The translations under genes were made by a program, and so were the position numbers. Below the pieces are notes generated by a model. That model was not told the DNA's origin. It worked only from the letters and a program-made list of their open reading frames with translations, and ran no database searches. 57,469 bases of DNA, from NCBI GenBank assembly GCA_903892905.1, contig CAITKI010000153.1:1-57469 (forward strand), in the 5' to 3' direction. Shown here in pieces: positions 8,927-16,431 of this stretch (the first letter of the stretch is position 1; every line of letters starts with the position of its first letter). Origin of the DNA: an uncultured Candidatus Micrarchaeota archaeon. Lineage in GTDB: Archaea > Micrarchaeota > Micrarchaeia > Anstonellales > Anstonellaceae.

Positions 8927-9634
8927 CTACTTCAACCCAAGCGCGAGGTCTATCACGCTTATGTACTGGTTGATGCTCTCGTAGTCCGTGGTGCGCCCGA
9001 TGTCCAGCCAGTAGTCAGTGAACACGTATCCGCCTATCTTCTTGCCCGACGCAAGCAGGCGCGGGAAGACATTGTTCGCAAAGTCCTCGCCCGGCTTGAT
9101 GTACTTGAATATTTCCGGCTCGAAGACGTACACGCCTGCGTTGACGTAATTCTCGACAATTGGCTTCTCGCGGAAGCGCGCGATGTTGCCGCTGGCGTCA
9201 AGGTCCGCCACGCCGTACTCGAGCGGCACGCCTTTCTTGTTGAGCGCGATGGTGGCGATGTTCCCGCTTTTCTTGTGCGCGGCAATGACTGCCGCAATGT
9301 CGAGGTTGGAAAGATGGTCGCCCATCATGACCACGAATGTGCCGTCCATTTTTTTCCCAAGGGGCAGAATGGAGCCGGCGGTGCCCATCTCGCTTCCCTC
9401 CACAGAATAGTGGAGCCTGAGCCCGAATTTGCTCCCGTCGCCGAAATGCGCCTCGATCTGCTCGTGCAGGTAGCCGACCGCGAGGTATGCGTCCGTGACA
9501 CCTGCGCGCTTGAGCGATGAGAGAACGTATTGCAGTATGGGCTTCTTGCCAAGGGGCAGCATTGGCTTTGGGATGGTGTAGGTATAGGGGCGCAATCGCG
9601 TGCCCTTGCCTCCGCAAAGTACTATGGCTTTCAT
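8927..9634 (-). CDS. sugar-1-phosphate nucleotidyltransferase
   Basis: MKAIVLCGGKGTRLRPYTYTIPKPMLPLGKKPI signature. The start is placed at the internal ATG (9634) rather than the ORF-track start at 9667. Confidence 0.85.
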   Translation of the reverse strand: MKAIVLCGGKGTRLRPYTYTIPKPMLPLGKKPILQYVLSSLKRAGVTDAYLAVGYLHEQIEAHFGDGSKFGLRLHYSVEGSEMGTAGSILPLGKKMDGTFVVMMGDHLSNLDIAAVIAAHKKSGNIATIALNKKGVPLEYGVADLDASGNIARFREKPIVENYVNAGVYVFEPEIFKYIKPGEDFANNVFPRLLASGKKIGGYVFTDYWLDIGRTTDYESINQYISVIDLALGLK

Positions 9635-9663
9635 GTCATCACACCTGCCCTTTCCCTGCCAAG

Positions 9664-10161
9664 TCATTTAAAAGAAATCGCCTGCACGTGGAGCGCACGG
9701 AGGCCTTCAGCTGCCTTCCTGGGCAGCTTGCCCTGCACCACCACCATCATCTTGGGCTCGGGGTACAAGTCGGGGTCGTCAGTGATTATTTGCCTTATGC
9801 CCACTTTGTATTTCGCAAGCACAGCCGTGACTTTTGCAGTCAGCCCCACCGTGTTGGGGTCCGCATCAATCTCGATCACGTCGTGCCCGAAGTGCTTTGC
9901 GGCGCGGGAGACGTTCGAGATGGGGAAAAGCGAGGAGAATATCGCGAAAAGCTTGGGGTCGATGGCAATCTCGCGCGCGGTTTCTATCACCACGCGCCTG
10001 TCCACGCCAAGCGCCCTGCCCATCTTTGCCGGCGCCAGCTCAATGGCGTCGCAGTAGAGCCTTCCCTTCCCGTCCACGCGTATCCCCAGGCGGAGCATGG
10101 TGGAAACCACGCGCAGGGCAGCGCGCTTGCCGGCGAAGCGTTCCTCAAGGTATTGGAGCAT
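9664..10161 (-). CDS. conserved archaeal putative regulator (HTH plus ACT-like domain, COG2150-like)
   Basis: The sequence looks like the 'regulator of amino acid metabolism, ACT domain' family, but the call rests on weak recall. The ATG at 10161 sits about 25 nt downstream of a TTTTTAAAC box, so the TTG start at 10179 in the track is less likely. Confidence 0.45.
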   Translation of the reverse strand: MLQYLEERFAGKRAALRVVSTMLRLGIRVDGKGRLYCDAIELAPAKMGRALGVDRRVVIETAREIAIDPKLFAIFSSLFPISNVSRAAKHFGHDVIEIDADPNTVGLTAKVTAVLAKYKVGIRQIITDDPDLYPEPKMMVVVQGKLPRKAAEGLRALHVQAISFK

Positions 10162-10452
10162 ATGTACAATATTGAACAAAAATGTTTAAAAAGGGACACC
10201 ATCATAATAAAGCACAGGTGACGCTCATGGAAACCAGGAAAAAGCCAATTGAAGTGAAGGCAGAAAAGCCGCAAAACAGGGCAGGGGAACTTTCCCCCAC
10301 CACCACACTCATGCACCGGGGCACGCTGGGCGAGTGCGGCGTGTTTGGGGGCAGGGGCATGTCAGAAGGGCCGAAGACGAAGGAAAACAAAGGGGCGCAA
10401 AATGGAAAGACGCCCCTTGAGCTTTGGCGGCCAGAGCCAGAATACGGATGCT

Positions 10453-10472
10453 GAGAAAAAGCCAAGCGGCTT
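10453..10472 (-). terminator. hairpin plus T-run downstream of the PGM/PMM gene
   Basis: The minus strand reads AAGCC-GCTT-GGCTT followed by TTTTCTC, about 90 nt after the stop at 10562. Confidence 0.3.
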
Positions 10473-10561
10473 CCGCTGCCCGTGCATGGTGGTGCCGCAG
10501 CAGCAGGAAGTGAGCAGGGAATTCTTCAGGACGCCATTCACGAGCGGCTTCTGCTAGCGCA

Positions 10562-11959
10562 TTATGCTTTTCCCACTGCCGCGCGCACGATTTCCGCGTA
10601 TTCTTTCATCAGCGAGTCTGCGCGCTTCTTTGTCTTCCCCTCTGCAAACACGCGCATGTAGTCCTCGGTGCCCGAAGCCCGCGCAATCGCCCAGCCGTCG
10701 TCAAAGTCGCAGCGCACGCCGTCCACAAGCGTGAGGCGGGCGCCGCTTCCATTCGCATGCGCCTTTGCGGCGTTGAGGCCCGCGGATTTTGCCTGGCTGC
10801 CCTTTGCCTCGATTCTCGTCTTGCTGTTGAAGTATTCCGGCAACTCCCCCACAAGCACGCTCAGTTTTTCATCGCAGGCCATTTCGCACATCTTTGCGGC
10901 TGCGAAAATGCCGTCCTTTGCAGGGGAGAAACGAGGCCAGATTATGCCGCCCACCTCCTCGCCGCCCGACACCGCGCTTGCGCCAAGTCCAAGCATTTTC
11001 TCTGACAGGTAAGGCGCGCCCACAGCAGTGTAAATTGTCTTTGCGCCAAGGGGGGCGCATGCCTCCTCCACGCACCTGCTTGTTGCCACGGTTGTCACGA
11101 CCATTTTGCCCTTCTGCTTCTTGCTTTCCCTGCATGCCTGCACTGCGGAAACCGCAAACCCCTTGTCGCCGACTATCCAGCTGCCCTTTTCATCCACGAA
11201 GACCACGCGGTCCGAGTCGCCGTCCCATGCAACCCCGAGGTCGCAGCCCTCGCCCTTCACGGCCTTGAGAAGGGATTGCACGTTGGGCTCGGATGGCTCT
11301 GAGGGGCGGCCGGGGAAATTGCCGTTGATATTTTCATTGAGCGCAAGCACTTCGCAGCCAAGTGCGGAGAAAACCTCCCGCGAAAGCGCGGAGGTGCCAT
11401 TGCCAAAGTCAAGCGCGACGCGAAGCTTGCGCTTCTTTATCTTTGATGCTTTCACGCCTGCAATTGCCGCCTTTGCATGCGCGCCTGCAGCTGCCGGGAA
11501 TGGGCGCACTGCGCCCACTGCCTGCCAGCCCGCTTGCGCGTATGTCCTTGCAAGCGCGGACTGCTCGATCAGCTCGCCCCGCTGATGGGATATTGCCACG
11601 CCGTTTGCATCCACGAACTTCAGCGCGTTCCATTCAGGCGCGTTGTGCGATGCTGTGATGATTATCAAGCCATCTGCCTTCTGGCGCGCAAGCGTGAACT
11701 CTGCAACCGGCGAGGAGGCCAAGCCTATGTCCAGCACATCCTTGCCCGATGCCATTATGCCTGAAGCCGCTGCGGAGTGGAGCATGGGGGAAGTGAGGCG
11801 CATGTCGCGCGCAAGGACGATTGCTTGCCCCTTGCACCAGGAGGCAAACGATGCGGACAGGTCAAATGCAAGCGATGGCGTGAGCATGTCCAGCCTTCCG
11901 CGCACGCCGTTGGTACCGAATAATGCCATGGAAACCCCAGCCATTCTTTTCATCAGCAT
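10562..11959 (-). CDS. phosphoglucomutase/phosphomannomutase (phosphohexomutase, GlmM-like)
   Basis: LFGTNGVRG N-terminus, active-site ITASHNAPEWNALKF, and GVAWDGDSDR metal loop. Upstream residues in the 508 aa track ORF look like read-through. Candidate starts are 11959 (about 22 nt after a CTTATTAAT box) or 11929. Confidence 0.85.
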   Translation of the reverse strand: MLMKRMAGVSMALFGTNGVRGRLDMLTPSLAFDLSASFASWCKGQAIVLARDMRLTSPMLHSAAASGIMASGKDVLDIGLASSPVAEFTLARQKADGLIIITASHNAPEWNALKFVDANGVAISHQRGELIEQSALARTYAQAGWQAVGAVRPFPAAAGAHAKAAIAGVKASKIKKRKLRVALDFGNGTSALSREVFSALGCEVLALNENINGNFPGRPSEPSEPNVQSLLKAVKGEGCDLGVAWDGDSDRVVFVDEKGSWIVGDKGFAVSAVQACRESKKQKGKMVVTTVATSRCVEEACAPLGAKTIYTAVGAPYLSEKMLGLGASAVSGGEEVGGIIWPRFSPAKDGIFAAAKMCEMACDEKLSVLVGELPEYFNSKTRIEAKGSQAKSAGLNAAKAHANGSGARLTLVDGVRCDFDDGWAIARASGTEDYMRVFAEGKTKKRADSLMKEYAEIVRAAVGKA

Positions 11960-12066
11960 AATATTCGGCGGTGAGATTAATAAGCCGTAACCGTAAGGGC
12001 AAATGCAAAGGCCATGCCTTCCGATTGCCTGGTTTCCAGGCATTTCAAAAGTATATCCCGACCTCT

Positions 12067-12422
12067 TCACTGGCGCGTTATCTCCCAATGCCTGCCCTTA
12101 TCGGGACCAACACGGCGGATCAGGCCTTTCTTCCTAAGATTGTTGAGGTGGAATTTGACTCCGTCCTCAGTCAATCCGAACAGGATTGCAAGCTCCCTCC
12201 TTGTGATTTCTGGGTAGTTGCTTGGTAGCTGCCAGGCAGTTCCCCCGCACCGCCGTGTGGCGTGTTGTCCTTTTTGCGCCTAAAAACCGTGATGAACTGC
12301 CTTCCCACTTCCTTGAATGACGCAGATGGTTCCTTTGAAAGTATCAGCTTGATGCCGCGCCCCCACTCTTCAATATAGCCTGCATAATAGAAAACACGGG
12401 CAATTGCCGGTTTCCAGTTCAA
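12067..12422 (-). pseudogene. degraded remnant of a Schlafen/AlbA_2-HATPase_c_4-wHTH type regulator ('RecG-like' transcriptional regulator, COG2865-like): N-terminally truncated and frameshifted
   Basis: The track ORF 12171-12422 covers only ...IARVFYYAGYIEEWGRGIKLI... . My hand translation of a different minus frame continues with SNYPEITRRELAILFGLTEDGVKFHLNNLRKKGLIRRVGPDKGRHWEITRQ* (stop at 12069-12067). This is the typical C-terminal wHTH of that family, so the two halves are separated by a frameshift and the N-terminal domains are missing. Confidence 0.6.
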
Positions 12423-13165
12423 TGTGCGCTTCCAAGCAATACGCCAGTTTCCTTGAATTTCTGAGCGTATTTCGGATAAAGGCCTGCAAAGTCCGCGTCT
12501 TTTTCATATCTCCGCACTATCGTGTCGATCCCTGCAAGATATTTGTCAAGGTGCGACCCCTTGAGAAAATGCGCGAGCTTTTCGGAAGACACGTCCTTTT
12601 GGGACAGTGAAAGGATATCGAAGGCATCTTTCCACACCTTGGAGCGCAGGTATGCCGCCCGCTCGCCCATCGCGCCGCCCAGCAAGTTGCTTCTTCCGAG
12701 TATTGCGCCCATCTTGTATGTGAGAAGAAGCTCTATTTCCGGGACATATATCTCCACGCCTTTCAGCTTATGCTTCACGCTGTGCTTTTCAGCCCACGCC
12801 CAGGGTATGCGCGCATCCGTCCCGCTCACCTCAATTATCCTTTTGCCGGAAGCGGCATCGATTATTATCTCTATTTTCTGCCCCTTCACCATCACTTCCT
12901 TGTAATACTCCTTTTGAAAAAAATCGCGCCTGCGCTCAGCGTAGCCTTCACGATGGAAATAATCCGCGAGGACTTTCGACATCACCGCTTCGTTCGGAAA
13001 AATAACGTCTATGTCTTTCGAGCCAAAGCCATTGACGTATGCGTATGCCGCCCAGCCGCCAACGATTACAGGGGTATGCCCGACCCTCTCATTCATCCAT
13101 TTTGCAAAATTGACAAGCTCGTCCAGGCTGGCATCGGTGATTGCCTTGTCGTAAAGCTCTTTCAT
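12419..13165 (-). CDS. nucleotidyltransferase-fold protein, AbiEii/DUF1814-like toxin candidate
   Basis: NTase motif VIVGGWAAYAYVNGFGSKDIDVIF and a later KVWKDAFDILSL motif resembling the AbiEii R/K-x-K-D-x-x-D motif. The ATG at 13165 overlaps the upstream stop as ATGA. Confidence 0.55.
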   Translation of the reverse strand: MKELYDKAITDASLDELVNFAKWMNERVGHTPVIVGGWAAYAYVNGFGSKDIDVIFPNEAVMSKVLADYFHREGYAERRRDFFQKEYYKEVMVKGQKIEIIIDAASGKRIIEVSGTDARIPWAWAEKHSVKHKLKGVEIYVPEIELLLTYKMGAILGRSNLLGGAMGERAAYLRSKVWKDAFDILSLSQKDVSSEKLAHFLKGSHLDKYLAGIDTIVRRYEKDADFAGLYPKYAQKFKETGVLLGSAH

Positions 13166-13785
13166 TTCGCCCACCGTTTCCTTATCATATGCTCCGCCGC
13201 ATATGCCTTGTTGCTGCAAAGAAGGTCGATTGTTGTGCGGAGGGAAGTCGTGAGCAGGAAGCCCTTTTTCGTTTCTGTATCTTTTTCAAGCGGGATATCG
13301 GGGGAATAAAGTGTTATGCTGGTGAGGCCGCCCGGATAGCGGCCCAGCCCTTTTTTCAATTCCCCGCTTCCGGAATATGCGTGGATGGATGGGTCGCGGA
13401 TATAGGAATCGTAATATTGGGACGCGGAAGTGAGGCACAGCACCGCCCGGTGTTTTTTCAGAAGGGCGGAAAGCTCCTGTTCGGGAATGTCAAGCCTATA
13501 TGTTGCGGTTGCCAAATTCTCCATTTTCCTGTAAAGCGGGAAAGTGGCAAGGAGCGCCGCGGGCATGATAAGCTCATAGCCCGAAGCGGCTTTTGCAACA
13601 TAGCCAAGCCCAATGAGCCATTTTGCCAGCCTGTTCACCATGCCTATGGAAACGCCGGTTTCCCTGCTGACTTCAAGCTGGTTGAATGCTCCTTTTTCCA
13701 GAATGTAGCGCACTGCGACGTATGCCTTTTTGCTTGTTATTTTTACCATAATATCACTTTCACTTTTTAGTGAAACTTTCATCAT
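13162..13785 (-). CDS. wHTH regulator, AbiEi-like antitoxin candidate
   Basis: N-terminal wHTH (VAVRYILEKGAFNQLEVSRETGVSIGMVNRLAKWLIGLGYV) plus a C-terminal domain of about 120 aa, translationally coupled to the NTase gene. An alternative start at 13749 (MVKITSKK...) would leave the repeat array as a 5' operator. Confidence 0.5.
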   Translation of the reverse strand: MMKVSLKSESDIMVKITSKKAYVAVRYILEKGAFNQLEVSRETGVSIGMVNRLAKWLIGLGYVAKAASGYELIMPAALLATFPLYRKMENLATATYRLDIPEQELSALLKKHRAVLCLTSASQYYDSYIRDPSIHAYSGSGELKKGLGRYPGGLTSITLYSPDIPLEKDTETKKGFLLTTSLRTTIDLLCSNKAYAAEHMIRKRWAK

Positions 13786-13806
13786 TTAGTGAAAGTAACT
13801 TTATAT
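13754..13806 (-). promoter_or_regulatory. TATA box plus three AGTGAAA half-sites (putative autoregulatory operator)
   Basis: Plus strand: TTTAGTGAAA at 13766-13775 and again at 13785-13794 (perfect 10-nt direct repeat). ACTTTCACT at 13756-13764 is the exact inverted copy of AGTGAAAGT at 13788-13796. The minus-strand TATA ATATAAAG lies at 13799-13806. Confidence 0.45.
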
Positions 13807-13947
13807 GCCTTTCGGGTAGGGAAAAATTCCGCGATTTTGGCTTAAAAACATTCGTAGGGCAGGATTCCAGTGCTTCCAGCGATATTCTGGCACTATTTTC
13901 CCCAAGGCAACCGCATGTTCATGAAATAGGCTTCACATCTGAGAGGA

Positions 13948-15642
13948 TTAATTGCCCTTTTTCTCCTCAACGCCCATCAGGGCGATTTTCTCGGCAATCT
14001 TGACAAGCGCAGGGGGAAGGAACGCCTTTTTCGCAACCGAGCGCAGCAGGCTCACGTCCTCCTGCTTGAAGGTGCGAAGCAGGAGGGCCACTGCCCCGAA
14101 TATCGCAAGTCCGATGCAGCCCATCACGCCAAGCACTGCCAGGTAGGCGAATTTTGACGAGTAGACGGCAAGCTCGCCCGAGCCGATTGATGGCACGGCT
14201 GAGACCATGATGGGGGCGAGGGGCTTGAGGAGCATGATTGCCGCAAAGGCGACCGCGCCTGCAATGAAGAGCTTGTACACCCCGCGCGGCGTGCGGTAGT
14301 CCAGGTATTGCCTTCCATAGCGCTCAAACATCAGCGCTGAAAGAAGGAACGCCACTGCAGATGCCGCCGATGCGCCCTCCATGCCAAAGTAGGGGATGAG
14401 GAGGATGTTGAGCGCCACGTTTGCAATTGCGCATGCGATTGCCACGTAAAGCTCAAGCTTCACCAGGCGCATGCCCGCAAGCGCGAGGGACATCGGGTAT
14501 GCAATTGTGGAGAACAGCAGGCCCAGGATGAAAATCGACATCGCGTTTGCGCCGGGGCGGTAGGCGCTTCCGTAGAAGACAGAGAGCATCTCGCCTGCGA
14601 ATGCCATGGTGGCAAGCGCTATTGGGATGGTGACGAAAAGTATCCAGCGCTGGGAGGTCTGCATCACCTTGCGCATGGTGGCATGGTCGTCCTTGCCGGC
14701 AAGCCGGGAAATCACCGGGAGGAAAATGCTCCCCACTGCGCTTGGGAAAACCATGATGGTCAGCGCAAGCTGCGATGCTATGGAGTAGATTGCAACCGTC
14801 TCGATGGAATTGGCCGAGTTGCCGAAATATCCCAATAGGGCGCGGTCTGTGGAGGACACCAGCACCCAGAAAGACTGGACAATGGTGAGGGTTATCCCGA
14901 AAGGCAGCACTTCGTGCAATATCTCAGAGGTGCTCATTTTCTCGCCTGATGAGGGCAGGGTGGGCACGCTGCGCAGCAGCATGGGAATGCTCAGCAGGAA
15001 CACTGCGGCATACGCCAGTATGAAGGCTGCGGACAGCGTGAAAAGCGTGGCGCCGAACACGGAAAAGAGAGCGACGGTGAGGACTAGCTTGATGATGTTT
15101 TGCATGTTGTTCAGGAACTGGTTGGACTTGATGTCGCCCCTTCCCTGGAGGAAGCTGGTGGAGACGCTGAACAGGTTTTCAAAAAGCACATATGCCGCAA
15201 GCAGGCGCAGGCAATCTGCAAGCCCGGGGCTTTGGTAGATTGCGCCAATGGGGTCTGCGAGGAGGAATATCAATGCAAACAGCAGGAAGCCGAGGAGCGC
15301 ATTTGCCGCAAGGCTTATCTTAAGGAGCGAGATTGCCTTGCCCCCCTGTTTCTTTGACTCGAAATACGGCACATAGCGCTGGAGGGCGGCAGGAAGCCCC
15401 AGGTTGCGCCAGAAGCCAATGAGGCCTATCACCGAGATTGAAAGGTAGAACAGGCCCACGTTCTCCTGCGAGAATGCGCGCGCAACGTAGATTGCATATG
15501 CGAACGAGACGACCTTGAGCGCGATGGTGCCGACAAGGCCCCAGAAGCTGCCCCACGCCACCTCGTTGTGGTGCACTGCGGCCTCGTCAAGGGTGCCAGG
15601 CTCGCCTGCCTTGGCTTGTGCTGCTGCGTTATCGCCTGCCAT
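13948..15642 (-). CDS. MOP-superfamily polysaccharide/oligosaccharide flippase (Wzx/AglR-like)
   Basis: Protein of about 560 aa with 12-14 TM helices and typical polysaccharide-biosynthesis-protein architecture. The start is taken as the ATG at 15642 (MAGDNAAAQ...), because the longer track ORF would run across the divergent promoter. Confidence 0.75.
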   Translation of the reverse strand: MAGDNAAAQAKAGEPGTLDEAAVHHNEVAWGSFWGLVGTIALKVVSFAYAIYVARAFSQENVGLFYLSISVIGLIGFWRNLGLPAALQRYVPYFESKKQGGKAISLLKISLAANALLGFLLFALIFLLADPIGAIYQSPGLADCLRLLAAYVLFENLFSVSTSFLQGRGDIKSNQFLNNMQNIIKLVLTVALFSVFGATLFTLSAAFILAYAAVFLLSIPMLLRSVPTLPSSGEKMSTSEILHEVLPFGITLTIVQSFWVLVSSTDRALLGYFGNSANSIETVAIYSIASQLALTIMVFPSAVGSIFLPVISRLAGKDDHATMRKVMQTSQRWILFVTIPIALATMAFAGEMLSVFYGSAYRPGANAMSIFILGLLFSTIAYPMSLALAGMRLVKLELYVAIACAIANVALNILLIPYFGMEGASAASAVAFLLSALMFERYGRQYLDYRTPRGVYKLFIAGAVAFAAIMLLKPLAPIMVSAVPSIGSGELAVYSSKFAYLAVLGVMGCIGLAIFGAVALLLRTFKQEDVSLLRSVAKKAFLPPALVKIAEKIALMGVEEKKGN

Positions 15643-15660
15643 GGCTTTTGAATGGGCGGG

Positions 15661-15675
15661 ATACTTATAAAATGG
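15661..15675. promoter_or_regulatory. single shared TATA element between divergent genes
   Basis: ACTTATAAAATGG is centred about 23-27 nt from both the minus ATG (15642) and the plus ATG (15695). The whole spacer is only 52 bp. Confidence 0.4.
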
Positions 15676-15694
15676 TATTTGGAGAGAAACTTGC

Positions 15695-16420
15695 ATGGAG
15701 CCATATTCATCGGAGCTGACCGCAGTTGTGCTTGCAGGGGGCCTGGGCACGAGGCTGCGCCCCATCACCGAGAAGGTGCCAAAGCCATTGGTGCCTGTAA
15801 AGGGCAGGCCGTTCCTGGATTATTTGCTGGAAAAAATCGCGCGCATGGGAGTGAAAAAATGCGTGCTTTTGGTGGGCTACAAGGGGAAGATGATTGAGGA
15901 TTACTGCGGGGACGGAAAAAGATGGGGGCTGAAGATCGCATACTCGCATGAAAAGGAGCAGCTGGGCACGGGCGGCGCGCTGGTGAATGCTGTAACGCAC
16001 CTGAAAGGCGCCGCGCTGGTGCTCAACGGGGACAGCTACCTGGACATTGACGCGCGCGCATTCTATGCCTTCCACTGCAAGCGCAATGCTCAGGCGACAG
16101 TGTATGCCATGCCGGGCACGTTGGAAGCGCGGGGAGAGGTGGTTGCCGACGAGGCCGGCTGCGTGTCCTCATTCCGCGAAAAGCAGAGGAGCGGCTTTGG
16201 GCTTTTCAACACAGGCGCATATATAATCGAGAAGCAGGCAGCGGAGTTCCTTGCGCAGCAGGTGAAGGAGAAGAAGCTTCCGCCCGCATTTTCCATGGAG
16301 CATGACGGCTTCCCGCTTTTTGTGGAGAAGGGGTGGCTGTTTGCCTATGTTGGCGCCGGGAAGTTTTTGGACATCGGCACCTTCAAGTCCTTGGAAGAGG
16401 CAGGGGAAGTCCTCCCGTAG
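15695..16420 (+). CDS. hddC: sugar-1-phosphate nucleotidyltransferase, probable D-glycero-D-manno-heptose-1-phosphate guanylyltransferase
   Basis: VVLAGGLGTRLRPITEKVPKPLVPVKGRPFLDYLL motif. The heptose specificity is inferred from the neighbouring gmhA and hddA. Confidence 0.65.
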   Translation: MEPYSSELTAVVLAGGLGTRLRPITEKVPKPLVPVKGRPFLDYLLEKIARMGVKKCVLLVGYKGKMIEDYCGDGKRWGLKIAYSHEKEQLGTGGALVNAVTHLKGAALVLNGDSYLDIDARAFYAFHCKRNAQATVYAMPGTLEARGEVVADEAGCVSSFREKQRSGFGLFNTGAYIIEKQAAEFLAQQVKEKKLPPAFSMEHDGFPLFVEKGWLFAYVGAGKFLDIGTFKSLEEAGEVLP

Positions 16421-16431
16421 GGCGCACAAGC

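Noticed and set aside
9517-10221. A 234-aa plus-strand ORF spanning the junction of two minus-strand genes.
   Set aside because: It is antisense to the nucleotidyltransferase N-terminus and the ACT/HTH regulator gene. Its composition is His/Arg/Gly-rich, which fits a shadow frame.
10162-10561. Possible SRP RNA or RNase P RNA in the long spacer. It contains GGGGGAAAGTTCCCC on the minus strand and GCAGCAGGAAGTGAGCAGGG on the plus strand.
   Set aside because: GGGGAA..TTCCCC is simply a self-complementary hairpin, not the GAGGAAAGUCC P4 strand with a distal partner. The GGAA/GAGCAGG stretch cannot be drawn as a helix-8 tetraloop with closing pairs. It is kept only as an unassigned spacer.
11960-12088. 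N-terminal extensions of several track ORFs: 10562-12088, 13948-15768, 30212-31216, 32070-32921, 36691-37050, 47290-48246 and 56501-57196.
   Set aside because: The family-typical N-termini begin at internal ATGs that sit right after the upstream stop, an SD-like GGAGG, or a TATA box. The extra residues are unlike the families and would run through promoters or neighbouring genes.
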